From Rhizaria sp. SCN 62-66 (Eukaryota): a stretch of DNA of 64,000 nt. A program made the position numbers and the translations under genes. The stretch lies in contig MEDY01000011.1 of assembly GCA_001724265.1 (NCBI GenBank), forward strand, positions 1-64,000, read 5' to 3'. The notes under the pieces are model-generated. The model was not told where the DNA came from. It saw nothing but the letters and a program-made list of their open reading frames with translations, and did no database searches. Below are positions 37,001 through 47,193 of this stretch, piece by piece (position 1 is the stretch's first letter; each line of letters begins with the position of its first letter).

Positions 37001-39787
37001 GGCCACAGCGCCGGCATCGGGGCGCTGCGGCCAGCGCTGCCGCCGCGCGTCGGCCCCCGCCAGCGCCGAGGCCACGGGAGTCGCCACGGTCACCCCGCCG
37101 CCGTTGCCGTCAGCGACGAGGCTGGAGCCGCCGCCGAGTTGGCTGGAGCTGCCGTGGGCGTGCGGCGCGGCGACGGCGGGGTCGAAGGCGAAGCTGGCGC
37201 CGAAGCTGTCGAGCGGCATGGCCGCGTCCTCCGGCTCGGTGCCGAAGACGAGGAACAGCGACTCGAGGGGCCGGAACACCGGGAGCACTTCGATCGCGCA
37301 GGGCACGCGCGCGAAGAGGCGCGGGAGCACGAGCTGCACCTCGTCCAGCGGGATCGACGCGACCACCTGGGTGTTTGCACCAGCACGCACATTCATGAAA
37401 CCGTCATCGCCGGCCGCAGAGTATGGCTGGGCGCTGATTCGACCGCCGCAGTGTGCAACGTTGCCGCAGGGCTCCCAGGTGCCGGTGAAGGTGACCGCCG
37501 CGTCTGTGACGGTCGCGTGTCCGCGCGCGCGGCGGCCGTAGCGCAGCAGCGTGCAGTCCGTACGCGCGTACGTCGTGCCCGTGAGACTGACCGCGAGCGC
37601 GGCCGCGAGCGCCGGGTCCACCGGCTCAGGCTCAGGCACAGGCGCAAGCGCGCCAGCATCAGCACTAACAGCAACAGCATCAGCAGCAGCAGCAGCAGCA
37701 CCAGCACCATCAGGGTGAGCGCCAGTGAGATCGAGCTCAACGGCGCCGCTGTCAGCAGCATCAGCGTCGTTCTTGTTGTCGTGGTTGTTGTCTTCGTCGT
37801 CGAATTCGCCCCACGAGTGCTCCCTGAGGAACTGGCGCGCCGCCGCAGAGGCCGACACAGCCGCGGCGGAGGCAGACGCGGCGGCCGCGGCGGCGGTGGC
37901 GGCAGCCGAATCGAAGGCTCTCGAGACGCTGGCCTTGGCCGCAAGGGCGAAGTCGAGCGGGGACAGAGGGCTGGAGGGGGCGCCGCTGCTCACGGTCACG
38001 TCGCTGTTGACGGTCAAGTCACGAGGCGCAGGCACGGTCGCGTGGGCGTTATTGTTATTATCAGCGTTGTGGTTGTCGCTGTTGATGCTGGGTGAGTTGG
38101 TGCTCAGTGCAAGAGGCTGTTCTGAAGCAGAAGCAGAGTTCAAAATGGCAAGAGAGCTTGCTTCAGCAACAACCGCAGGAGCAGCAGTTGGAGCAGCAAC
38201 CACAGCAACCTTGTTGTAATTGTTGTTGTTGTTCGTGTTGGTTCCAGGGTGGACGTAGCGACTGCGGCTGCGGCTCGGCGCAGGCAAAGCTCCCATTGCA
38301 AGTTCGGGCTCGGGCTGTGCAAGACTGTACGCGCCGCCGCCAGAAGCAGTGGTGCCCGGAACAGAGACAGGGAAAGCAGACGCAGAAGTAGAGGCGTTGA
38401 TGCTGCCATTAATTACATTGACATTGCTACCATTATTGGTGTTGCTGCCATTAACAGCTGTGTATGTGGGAGGATGCGCTGGCGGCGGCCCCCTCCCGCT
38501 CGCACTCGCATTCGAGCCTGCAGCTGCGTTGTTGATGCTGAAGCTGGGGCTGGCGCTGGCCATAGTGTAGCTCGCCGGGCCCGTGGCGGCAGGCACTGCG
38601 GCGAGGTCTGTCAGAGTACTCTCAAAACTGACTGAGCCCCAGAGACCCTGGCCCTGGGGGGGCTGGCTCTGGCCGTAGCTCTGACCGTAGCTCGGGCCCT
38701 GGACCTGATGGGGACCGTAGCTTTGATTCTGGTCCTGACTCGGCCCGTAGCTTTGACTGTACCCTTGACTGCTGTTGTTTTGATTGTAACCGTGAACGTA
38801 GCCTTGCTGATTCGGTTGAGTGTAGCCCTGGTTGGGAGGCTGCTGACTGTACCCTTGGGTGTTAGGTTGAATGGAGCCTGGATTGTTCGGCTGAACGTAA
38901 CCCTGATTGTTCGGCTGAGTGTAAGGCTGGTTAATTGGCGGAGTGTAACCCTGGCCGTTAGGCTGAATGTAAGGCTGCTGTGCATGACCTTGGTGATTGA
39001 GCTGGGGGTACTGCTGGGTCTGAGCATAAGGCTGTTGAGTGTAACCCTGATTGTAACCCTGGTTGTTGTAAGGCTGCGGGTAGGCCTGGCTCTGGTCAAA
39101 GGGCTGGCTCTGATCGAAGGACTGATTATGGACCGGGGGACCATAACCCGGGTTCTGAGTATAGCCCTGACTCTGAGCGGCCCCAGTGGCATGAGCAGCG
39201 GCGGTAGCGGCGGCGGTGGCGGTTGTCCACTCATCCTCGTTGGCTACATGAGCTGCATCGTTGTTGCTGTTGTTGTTGTCATGAAAGCTCTCTTCCTCTT
39301 CTTCGAGACCGCCGCTAGGATTCGCAGCAGCAACGGTAGCAGAGGGGTCACCAAGCGAAGATGACGCGGGCACTGCATTAACAGACGCCTGTGCGCTTGC
39401 GGGACCGTAAGCACCCGCGTTATCTGCGTTGGCCCCGTGATCGATGGCACTGCCACCGCCGACAGCCAAGTTAGCCAACTCGTCCTCAGCCGGCGCCGGC
39501 TGCTCTGAGAAGTACTCCACGTCCGCCGGCTTGTGCGTGCCGCAGAGCGAGCAGGCCGCGGCGAGCGAGACCTCGTGGTATGTGCAGATGGGGCAGCGCC
39601 AGCGGCGCAGCGCGGCGGCGGCGGCGGCAGCGGCGCGGGGGGACGGCACCTGGGCCGCCTGGCCGGGCACTGGTTCGGCGACGTCGGCGTCCTTGGTAGC
39701 GCCGCACATCGGGCAAAAGCGCGCGGTTGGCATTTCGACGAGGAAAGTGCAGCGCGAGCACGGCCATGGCGCGGCGGGAGCGGACAT
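34001..39787 (-). CDS. About 1928-aa protein: two RanBP2-type zinc fingers, G/Y/Q/P-rich repeats, PH-BEACH-like region and a degenerate BEACH domain with no WD40
   Basis: Zinc fingers WPCSRCTF..FCPMCG and WRCPICTY..ACSLCG. PH-like IPLDEVQLVLPRLFARVPCAIEVL. BEACH-like blocks RWRSGRMSTLEYLGWVNIAAERSVHDP and HRLWLESEPVSAALPLWANATFG. Stop TAA. Confidence 0.75.
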   Translation of the reverse strand: MSAPAAPWPCSRCTFLVEMPTARFCPMCGATKDADVAEPVPGQAAQVPSPRAAAAAAAALRRWRCPICTYHEVSLAAACSLCGTHKPADVEYFSEQPAPAEDELANLAVGGGSAIDHGANADNAGAYGPASAQASVNAVPASSSLGDPSATVAAANPSGGLEEEEESFHDNNNSNNDAAHVANEDEWTTATAAATAAAHATGAAQSQGYTQNPGYGPPVHNQSFDQSQPFDQSQAYPQPYNNQGYNQGYTQQPYAQTQQYPQLNHQGHAQQPYIQPNGQGYTPPINQPYTQPNNQGYVQPNNPGSIQPNTQGYSQQPPNQGYTQPNQQGYVHGYNQNNSSQGYSQSYGPSQDQNQSYGPHQVQGPSYGQSYGQSQPPQGQGLWGSVSFESTLTDLAAVPAATGPASYTMASASPSFSINNAAAGSNASASGRGPPPAHPPTYTAVNGSNTNNGSNVNVINGSINASTSASAFPVSVPGTTASGGGAYSLAQPEPELAMGALPAPSRSRSRYVHPGTNTNNNNNYNKVAVVAAPTAAPAVVAEASSLAILNSASASEQPLALSTNSPSINSDNHNADNNNNAHATVPAPRDLTVNSDVTVSSGAPSSPLSPLDFALAAKASVSRAFDSAAATAAAAAASASAAAVSASAAARQFLREHSWGEFDDEDNNHDNKNDADAADSGAVELDLTGAHPDGAGAAAAAADAVAVSADAGALAPVPEPEPVDPALAAALAVSLTGTTYARTDCTLLRYGRRARGHATVTDAAVTFTGTWEPCGNVAHCGGRISAQPYSAAGDDGFMNVRAGANTQVVASIPLDEVQLVLPRLFARVPCAIEVLPVFRPLESLFLVFGTEPEDAAMPLDSFGASFAFDPAVAAPHAHGSSSQLGGGSSLVADGNGGGVTVATPVASALAGADARRQRWPQRPDAGAVATARSLYLLLTRLLRTPPHPRPRQVLAKVRATRRWRSGRMSTLEYLGWVNIAAERSVHDPAAPPLLPAVRTNVDTAEQLRLKLQKQQQQEPQGQEQEQCGCDELSECGDVVTVGRLRCGRLLGRSAPAAAAAVAAHNAAAALSHTAATAMKNTAQQQAVSAPSQGGDKDGVVAGDGSASPVVLTVTPVALDSAAANESKSGEAESIPESNDNSSAATAEASGRVSVEITVVEVTVPAYPANAIASGAFAPVAADTVSALFYPGSGSAVSALEGACLTLTAAAQQLVAAANDADCACNAVDGSAVPALVDHRSGSSQCTASATARARSLLSALVAVTGAAPVSPAAVPAKTAAGFVDTAAPPQALVARAAVSAAQAASEFPLWLYASDALLETAVRAAAAAAVRSVAAAAAGAASTAAVRSTESEITAPESESAVTDAAGDCDMDSLRCDMDSLRLAVTGLTVEDCEQMPLPKLLKFINSNDSSIITSSIEPSPLQRSHSLLRSQSSWGLGAVRGGVEAEYAAMRTALTRLDFPARLNFLRNDDCAVIPGEVSALHALLCGSASIPDSANTRSSSLAVSSQPSSRSLSSSLNSGPGTSALPAAGTAAETEAAAVVTEAVALLVAHRLWLESEPVSAALPLWANATFGALALTPCDVNLPTVTLPPTSTSASAAGAAAGAVAAGGVTVQQRLCLRLRLHPAVWMRDIAKVRPRGPGERAAAAAAVAGAVMRARALARRRLSRSTAAVAPPGAGAGGAGAATERGRSRGRGHTRSRSRSRGLPLPSSASGNALGISGGAGNSAAGASADATAAAAAAAAARCDDQGLVYDMASDDNDDEDDDDNGDDDDHDDFDYGSDGDASDGDDAREAEAAARAEEEAMELASEFMLLEHSSKHSVGAGATTDPDPDADADAATGTGAAEGRGGRRAGWTRADDEAVWRGAAGVGAETAAHNTAAADAAAVAGAGAGVVAAADRDEEWRAWMGATVAGVAPGRVFSAVAPL

Positions 39788-40341
39788 TGGGATGGGGACG
39801 CGCCGGGCCGAGGTGTTTGAGTCTGGATGGACAAGGAGGAAAGCGCGGTTTACTATGCGAATGAAGCGACATAATGGAAACACGGAAAGATATATAGAGC
39901 TTTAGTGCATGTCAATTGTGATATCGAGCAAAAATCTATGTTGACGATCAGACCATGTCAAACAGGTGTTGAATGCAACGAAGCTCATATCTCGTATCTC
40001 TGACCCGATGCTCAGACAGTTTTTGCTTTCTTCGCGTCTGGCCCACGGTCACTTGCTCCGGTGCGCACCACGGAAATCATATCGTGTGCACGAAGAACTC
40101 CGACAATACTGTTCTGATAAAGATAAATACCAAGCATATTTGCGCTTTTATTTGGCGTTGTATTTAACTCGCGAAAAGACCTCACCTAGATACGATAGAC
40201 GCAGCCCAAGTAGGCGTCTTCCCGAGTCTCTTGCCTTCGCTTTAACCCGCTCCGCTCGTCTTATCTCTGCCCGTCCTGACCTTACCCTTCACTCTCTTAC
40301 CCTGTTCACACGCTCATGCGCGCGCTGTAGACTCTTGCCCA

Positions 40342-43300
40342 ATGAGCAAGACGTACCTGCGCTACGTGCAGCAGGACGTCTTCGGTCTGGTGGCGTCCAC
40401 GGCCACGGCCGACATCCTCTTCATGCCCAACTCGGGCGGCCGCGTCGTCATCGTCCCCGCGCTCGAGGACATCAATATCTGGAACGTCAAACAGGGCGTG
40501 CTTGTCGACGTCCTGCGCGACGCCGGCAACCGCTCTGCCGTCTCGGTGCTTGCGCTCGACCCGCAGGAGCGCTTCCTCGCCGCGGGCCACGAGGACGGCA
40601 AGATCCGCGTGTGGGACCTCAAGACGCGCGAGGTCGCCGTCGTCTTCAATGCGCACACCGCCGCCGTGTCCGCGCTCGCCTTCTCCGAGTCCGGCGACCT
40701 GCTCGCCTCGGGCTCGCGCGACACGGACATCGTACTGTGGGATGTGGTCGCCGAGCAGGGCGTGTGCCGCCTCAAGGGCCACAAGGACGAAGTCACCGAC
40801 CTCAAGTTCCTCAACATCCTCATCAACATCGTGCCCGACGCCGAGTTCCTGTCGCCCGTCGCGCCCACGCCCACACTCGGTGTCGCGCCGCCCGCCGCGC
40901 TGTCGACGCGCGAGATCCCCGTGCTCGTGTCCTCGTCCAAGGACTCGTTCCTCAAGGTCTGGGACACCGCGCTGCAGCACTGCATCCACACGCTCACGGG
41001 CCACCGCGCCGAGGTGTGGTCCTTCGACGTCACGGCGCGCGCCTGCGACAACTACGCGCTCCTCGTCGCCGGCTCCACCGACAAGACGCTGCGCGCGTGG
41101 AAGGTCTACACGACGCTCTTCGCGCCCGCCTCGGCGCCCTCAGAGGAGCTCTCGGCGCTGTTCGAGAAGGTCGGCGTCGAGTACGCGGGCTCGCTCGACC
41201 GCCCTGGCGGCAAGAAGCGCGTCCGCAAGGTCCGCTTTGACCACCCGGCCCCCGCCGCCGTCGCTGCCGCGCGCGCCCGCGCCCTCGTCTCCAACACCAG
41301 CTCGAGCTCGTCCAGTAGCAACAGTGATGCGAGCGTGTTTTACCCGCAGAACCTGCCGCTCGAGTCGCGCGTGCTGATTGTGCAGGGTGTAGACAAGGTG
41401 CTCGACGTTTTCGCCATCCGCGGCCGCGCCGAGCGCTCGAAGCGCGTGGCGCGCCGCTTCCGGCGCTACCGCGACCGGCTCAAGGACGTCGAGACGGGCC
41501 GCGACAAGTCGGGCATCGAGGTCCCGCCCCCCGCGGCGTACATCCCTTCCGACGACGTGGAGACGCAGGTGCCCGTGCGCACCGACACGCGCGTCACTGC
41601 CGTCGCCTTCAACCCCGCCGGCGCCGTCACCCGCGTGCACAACGGCGGCGATGACGACTTGGCGCTGTCATTCGCGCAGGTCGTGGTGGCGCTGCAGGAT
41701 AACGTCGTGCAGACGTGGGGCGTGCCGATGGTGGCCATGACGGTGGCCCACGCCGAGGAGGCCGGCATGGGCACCGGCACCGTCACCGCCGCCGCCGCCG
41801 CCGCGCTCGCCACCGGCGACGCCAAGCTGCAGGTGCACTACTCGATCGCGCTTCCGGGCCACCGCTCCGGCGTGCGCGTGACGAGTCTGGCCTCGGACGA
41901 CTCGCTGCTGCTCTCGGCGGCCGGCGCGCAGCTCAAGCTGTGGAACATGGCCACGCGCAACTGCATCCGCACACTGGACCTGGTGGAGCCCTCTGACGCG
42001 GACCGCGCGGCTTCGGCGGCGTCCACGGCGACCGCGGGCGTCGACGCCGAGGACGATGACGGCAGCGACATGGTGCTGTGCGCGCTCTTCGTGCCCGGCA
42101 ACCGCCACGTGCTGGTCGGCACCAAACGCGGCTTTATCGACCTCTACGAGCTCGCGTCGGGCCAGCTACTGCACCGCGAGGTGGCCCACGGCGGGAAGCC
42201 TATCTGGAGCCTCGACCTGCGCGCCGACCAGCGCGGCTTTGCGTCGGGCGGCGACAAGGAGGTCTGGGGCTGGGACTTCGAGCTCGTTGAGGTCGGCAAC
42301 GGTAACGGTCACGCGATCGGCGGCGGTGCGAAGCGGCTGTCGTTTGCGCAGACCCGCGCGCTGAAGCTGAGCGACGACGTGCTGTGTGTCAAGCACTCCG
42401 GCGACGGCCGCTACCTCGCCGTGGGGCTGCTGGACGGCACAGTCCGCATCTTCCACCAGGACACGCTGACCTTTTTCGTGTCGCTCTACGGCCACAAGCT
42501 GCCCGTGCTGTGCCTCGACATCTCCTCCGACTCGACGCTCATCCTCACGGGCTCGGCCGACAAGACGGTTAAGATGTGGGGGCTGGACTTCGGCGACCTG
42601 CGCAAGAGCTTCCGCGCGCACGACAACTCGGTCATGCGCGTCCAGTGGGTGCCCAAGACGCACTATTTCTTCACGGCCGGCAAGGACAAGCTCGTCAAGT
42701 ACTGGGACGGCGACCGCTTCATCGAGGTCCTCACACTGCCCGGCCACCACGCAGAAGTGTGGGCTTTCGCCGTGGCGTCCAAGGGCCAATACCTGGTCTC
42801 GACGGGCAACGACCGGTCGCTGCGGCTGTGGCAGCAGACGGAGGAGCAAGTCTTCCCCGACGAGGAGGCCGCGAAGAAACTCGAGGAGGCGCTCGACGCC
42901 GACGACGCCAACACGGCGACGGGCTCGGACAAGATTGGCAAGGTTACGGGCGGCATTGTCGCCGCGCCGGCCGACTCGACCGAGGTCTGGCGCGGCGCGC
43001 CCAAGAGCAAGAGCGCGCAGGACCTGGGCGAGCAGCTGATCGACGTGCTCGATATCTGCGAGGTTGAGGAGGAGAACTGGCGCCGCTACCACGCGCTCGT
43101 GCGCACGCGCGTGTCTGAATGGCGCGAGCGCCGCCGGCTCGCGGCGGGCGGCGACGCCAAGGCGGGCTCCATCGCGGCGCTGCTGGCCGTGACGGCCGTG
43201 ATGGGCAAGGACGGCACCGCGCAGGCCGTGGCGCTGGGCGGGGACGCCGCCGACGCCGAGCGCGCCGAGCTTCAGGCCGTCGTGTCCAACGTGCCCAAGC

Positions 43301-43803
43301 CTGCCCCGCACCCGTCGCTGCAGGGCGCGACGCTGGCGCAGCACGTCCTGCGCACGCTGCGGTCCGTGCGGCTGTACGAGCTGACCGAGACGCTGCTGAC
43401 GCTGCCGTACGAGTACGCGCTGCGACTGCTGGCCTTCCTCGCGCGCCTGCTGGAGCAGGGCAACGAGGTCGAGCTCTGCGTCAAGTGCGCGCTCACGCTG
43501 CTCAAGGTGCACCACGCGCAGATCGTCTCGGCCAAGGCCGGCGTCGAGGCGCTCACCGCGCTGCGCCGCCACGCGCGCCTGCGGCTCACGGCCATGAAGG
43601 ACGCCATCGGCACCAACATGGCCGGGCTGCGCTACCTCGCCGCGGACATCGAGCAGGCCGCCACGGCCAACTTCTTCGGCGACGCGGCCGACGCGCCGCA
43701 GTCGAAGCGCGGTCACCAGCGCAAGCGCGTGTACGACACCGTCGCCAACAAGCGCAGGAATGCGCGCGGAATCAAGAAGTTCCGTGGCATGCGCAGCAAG
43801 TGA
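40342..43803 (+). CDS. WDR3: U3 snoRNA-associated SSU processome WD40 protein DIP2/UTP12, 1153 aa
   Basis: MSKTYLRY..FGLVAS N-terminus; multiple WD40 repeats; SLYGHKLPVLCLDISSDSTLILTGSADKTVKMWGLDFGD; Utp12-type C-terminal domain (KDAIGTNMAGL). Stop TGA. Confidence 0.95.
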   Translation: MSKTYLRYVQQDVFGLVASTATADILFMPNSGGRVVIVPALEDINIWNVKQGVLVDVLRDAGNRSAVSVLALDPQERFLAAGHEDGKIRVWDLKTREVAVVFNAHTAAVSALAFSESGDLLASGSRDTDIVLWDVVAEQGVCRLKGHKDEVTDLKFLNILINIVPDAEFLSPVAPTPTLGVAPPAALSTREIPVLVSSSKDSFLKVWDTALQHCIHTLTGHRAEVWSFDVTARACDNYALLVAGSTDKTLRAWKVYTTLFAPASAPSEELSALFEKVGVEYAGSLDRPGGKKRVRKVRFDHPAPAAVAAARARALVSNTSSSSSSSNSDASVFYPQNLPLESRVLIVQGVDKVLDVFAIRGRAERSKRVARRFRRYRDRLKDVETGRDKSGIEVPPPAAYIPSDDVETQVPVRTDTRVTAVAFNPAGAVTRVHNGGDDDLALSFAQVVVALQDNVVQTWGVPMVAMTVAHAEEAGMGTGTVTAAAAAALATGDAKLQVHYSIALPGHRSGVRVTSLASDDSLLLSAAGAQLKLWNMATRNCIRTLDLVEPSDADRAASAASTATAGVDAEDDDGSDMVLCALFVPGNRHVLVGTKRGFIDLYELASGQLLHREVAHGGKPIWSLDLRADQRGFASGGDKEVWGWDFELVEVGNGNGHAIGGGAKRLSFAQTRALKLSDDVLCVKHSGDGRYLAVGLLDGTVRIFHQDTLTFFVSLYGHKLPVLCLDISSDSTLILTGSADKTVKMWGLDFGDLRKSFRAHDNSVMRVQWVPKTHYFFTAGKDKLVKYWDGDRFIEVLTLPGHHAEVWAFAVASKGQYLVSTGNDRSLRLWQQTEEQVFPDEEAAKKLEEALDADDANTATGSDKIGKVTGGIVAAPADSTEVWRGAPKSKSAQDLGEQLIDVLDICEVEEENWRRYHALVRTRVSEWRERRRLAAGGDAKAGSIAALLAVTAVMGKDGTAQAVALGGDAADAERAELQAVVSNVPKPAPHPSLQGATLAQHVLRTLRSVRLYELTETLLTLPYEYALRLLAFLARLLEQGNEVELCVKCALTLLKVHHAQIVSAKAGVEALTALRRHARLRLTAMKDAIGTNMAGLRYLAADIEQAATANFFGDAADAPQSKRGHQRKRVYDTVANKRRNARGIKKFRGMRSK

Positions 43804-44394
43804 AGTGTACGCTGTTGTTTTCTACTTCTGCTGGAAACAGTATGTGAGCGTCGGTGGTTAAGATAGCTCTAGTTTTGACACAAATCGTGTCGAGCTGAGA
43901 CGTGTGGCCATACTTATCATGGCCTAATATCGGCGAAAGATCAATACATACAAGTAATATTTTATTTCAGTGTCTCTATCAAGTTAATTTGGTGGCATAT
44001 CACTTGTTTACTTGACCTTGTTGGAGTAACAGTTCGTGAGATACGCTGAATTTTGTGAATTTTTAGTTCCTGTCCCAGTCTGTGTGATGTTGAAGTCGGT
44101 CTTGGAAGTAACGTTTACAAAACTAAAGCATATGTATCGACAGACTTGATCATCCAACGAACCTGTTATGATAATATATAATATAAATTGATATACTTTG
44201 TCGGATATTTCATTTGTATTTCTAACGACGATCAGCTTGACTCACATTGGCTACTTTTTATCTATAGGACCGAGTCGTTGAACAACCTCTAGAACCGATC
44301 TTTTGAAGCCGTGCCAGAGAGACATAGAGAGTGCCCTGCGCTCATACAGACCCCAAACACATACGCCCTTGAGGCCAGCGGGCTAACGCTACCT

Positions 44395-47193
44395 ATGGAC
44401 GCCAGCGACGATAATCCCTTCGGGACTGACGCGGCCGCGTTCCCCGAGCCTGACAATGGTGGCCCAGAGAACGAGGACCACAGCAATCACGGCGCAAACC
44501 ATGACGACAACGACGAGCAGGAGGAAGACTACTCCTCTTTGCTGATGGCACACAATGACGCCGATGCAGCTGACCCGGATGCGTCTCCCAACTCCTCCGG
44601 CGAAACCGGTGGCGATGACGAGAACGGCGGCGCCAAGCCCAAGCCTCGCGCTCAGCCCGTCCGCGTCAACACCTTCGCCCCGGGCACCTTCAACGTCACG
44701 GGCTGGGCGGCGAACCGGCGCAAGAAGTGCGCGGCTGCGCCGGGCTACACCGCGAAGCAACAGGCCGTGCGCGAGGCCTACTCAGCGACTCTGGCGAACC
44801 AGGAGCGGCTGCGTGGCGAGCAAGAACGGCTCCGCGCCGCACAGCTCGCAAAGGCGCAGCGCGAACGCGAGACGCGTGTCGGGCTGGCCGCGCTGCGCCG
44901 CAGCGAAGCCGACTCGGCCAAGGGGCGCGCTGTCATTGCCCAGCGCGAGCGCGAGGCCGCGCAGCAGCGGCGCCATGCAGAGTGGCTCGCAGAGCAACAG
45001 AACGTCGCAGAGGCCCGCGCCGCCCGTCGTAAGGCAGAAGCTGAGGCTGCGGCGGCCGTACGCGCCAATCAGCGCCGCGCGCACACGCTGGACGACGTCC
45101 GCGACGACCGCGCGCGCCGCGCGGAGGAGGCAGCCGCGCGCGAGGCCGGCGCAGAGGCAGACGCAGCTCGCGAAGAGCGCCACCGACAACAGCACTTGGC
45201 GCAGCTCAAAGCGTTTCACGCGCGCAAAGTGGCGCTGGCCAAGGCGCGGGGGCAGCCTCCGCCGCCGCAGCCGCCCGCGCTTGTGGCCGCACTGGCCGCT
45301 GCTGCTGCTGCTGCGGGTGCCGACGGGACGAGAGCTGCTGCTGTAGGTGCGGGGGCAGAGAGCAAGAGCGGTGACGGCGACGGCGATCACGGTAGTGCTG
45401 CTGCTGCGGGCGGGAATGATGAAGACGAATGGGCTCGCATCATGGCGATGAACCGCGGCGACGACGACGATGACGAAGACGGCGAGGGTAAGAATAAGCA
45501 CGATGACGACGATGGTGACGGCGACAAGGCTGACACTAGCAAAGACGACGACGCTGCTGCTGATGCCAGTGTCGACAAGGGCAAGACGAGTGAGCACAAG
45601 GACAACGACAGCTGCAGCAGCAGCAGCAGCGACACTGCTGTTGGTGACAAGTCCGCCAAAGGTGCTACGGCTGGGAACGCCAAGTCAGCCACTGCGCCGA
45701 CTGCGAAGGCGAACGACGGCTCCAGTGCGTTCACGGCCGCCCAGTTGCCATTTCCGCTCACGCCGGCTGCCGTCGCGTGGTGGGTGGCGCGCCCTCGCAA
45801 GAGCACGCCGCAGCACGCCGCGCTCACAGCTCTTCTTGCACAATCTCAGCCACAAACACAGTCGTTTCCGCAGGAGGGCTGCGCACAGTCATCGTCATCG
45901 TCAGGGCCTGGCTTCTGCCCGTGCTGTGGCGGCCTGACTTCCGCGCACGAACTCGAGCGCGTGCGCTCTCTCGCTGAGGCCGCTGCCGCCGCGCACGCCG
46001 CCGCCAACCCCGTTGCTCCTGCCCCCGCGACTGGCTCTGCAGCGGCGTCCTCGGCTGCGGTGTCCGACGCCGCGCTACAGCAGCACCAGAATCAGCAGCT
46101 TCAGCTCCAGCTCGTCGCGCAGATGCAAGCCCACGCGCGCGCGCAGCCGCACTGGCAGGCGCAGTCCGCGACGGCCGCGAGCGCGTACCCGCTCGCCGCG
46201 GCCTCGGCCCGCCGCGCGCTGCCGCTGCTGCCGGCGACCTCCACGGCCTTCCGCGCGGCCCCGGCACCGCAGCGGCGGGCTGCGGTGCTCGCCGCGCTGT
46301 CGCTCGCCACGGCGAATGTGTTCTCACCGGAGGGCAAGGGGATGGAGGCGGCGACGGTGGTGCTCGCCAGGGCCAGCGCAGCCGCAGACGCGCACGCCGT
46401 TGAGCAAGCGCAGGCTCAGGCGCAGGCTGCACAGGCTACTCAGGCACAGGGACTACAAGTGGACTGGACAGGTATGGGCGCCTCGACGCCGGTGTCTGTG
46501 ATGACCATGGCTGACCCGCCGTCGCGGCTCTGCGACTGCGCCGACTATCTCAACCATCTCCTGAGCAACAACAGCAACAATAGCTCGAGTTCTAGTTCGA
46601 ATGCGAGTGCGGCCCCGGGGGAGACTCAGTCTAAGCGCTCGGTGTGGGACATCGCTGCGCCCGGGCTGCCGCGCCGCGTGTCCGTGCTCTTACAGCTCGT
46701 GCCTCGGCTGCTGGGCTCTGGCGCTGCCGACACGCCGGCCGCATGGGCGTTGCCCTTCACGCCCGCTTTGCCCGCTGCGAACTCAAACAGCAGCTCGCAG
46801 TCGCTGCAGCAACAGTCGCCGGGGCGGTCTCCTGGGCAGGCAACGCGTCAGTCGCTGTCGCGAACACAGCCCGCGTTGCAATCACAGTCGAAGTCTCAGG
46901 CTGACACTAATAATCAGTATTATTTGCCTCCGATTTCGCGTCAGAACACTGGCGCCACTGCCGCTGCAACCAAGAGCTCGAGCAGTGACCCGAGCAATGT
47001 CAATCCTGAAGCTGTGAACAACAACAGCAACGCTGCAGCAGCGAGCACTGCGGGTCCTGTCAAGACCGTGAGCGCTGTTTTCGGCGATAACTCAGCGGCT
47101 GAAGCAGTGGCAGACTCGGGGCTGTTTGTGACGCGGCCGCTGACCTACGCGGACCTGTTTGGCCCTGTGTCCAGCACTGTGCGCAGCGACTGA
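44395..47193 (+). CDS. Hypothetical protein of about 932 aa with an R/E/A-rich coiled coil and low-complexity regions
   Basis: Long GC-rich ORF from the first ATG at 44395 to TGA, flanked by AT-rich spacers. No domain recognised. Confidence 0.75.
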   Translation: MDASDDNPFGTDAAAFPEPDNGGPENEDHSNHGANHDDNDEQEEDYSSLLMAHNDADAADPDASPNSSGETGGDDENGGAKPKPRAQPVRVNTFAPGTFNVTGWAANRRKKCAAAPGYTAKQQAVREAYSATLANQERLRGEQERLRAAQLAKAQRERETRVGLAALRRSEADSAKGRAVIAQREREAAQQRRHAEWLAEQQNVAEARAARRKAEAEAAAAVRANQRRAHTLDDVRDDRARRAEEAAAREAGAEADAAREERHRQQHLAQLKAFHARKVALAKARGQPPPPQPPALVAALAAAAAAAGADGTRAAAVGAGAESKSGDGDGDHGSAAAAGGNDEDEWARIMAMNRGDDDDDEDGEGKNKHDDDDGDGDKADTSKDDDAAADASVDKGKTSEHKDNDSCSSSSSDTAVGDKSAKGATAGNAKSATAPTAKANDGSSAFTAAQLPFPLTPAAVAWWVARPRKSTPQHAALTALLAQSQPQTQSFPQEGCAQSSSSSGPGFCPCCGGLTSAHELERVRSLAEAAAAAHAAANPVAPAPATGSAAASSAAVSDAALQQHQNQQLQLQLVAQMQAHARAQPHWQAQSATAASAYPLAAASARRALPLLPATSTAFRAAPAPQRRAAVLAALSLATANVFSPEGKGMEAATVVLARASAAADAHAVEQAQAQAQAAQATQAQGLQVDWTGMGASTPVSVMTMADPPSRLCDCADYLNHLLSNNSNNSSSSSSNASAAPGETQSKRSVWDIAAPGLPRRVSVLLQLVPRLLGSGAADTPAAWALPFTPALPAANSNSSSQSLQQQSPGRSPGQATRQSLSRTQPALQSQSKSQADTNNQYYLPPISRQNTGATAAATKSSSSDPSNVNPEAVNNNSNAAAASTAGPVKTVSAVFGDNSAAEAVADSGLFVTRPLTYADLFGPVSSTVRSD

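Noticed and set aside
39966-41240. 424-aa plus-strand ORF overlapping the WDR3 start
   Set aside because: Alternate-frame shadow beginning in promoter and 5'UTR-intron DNA.
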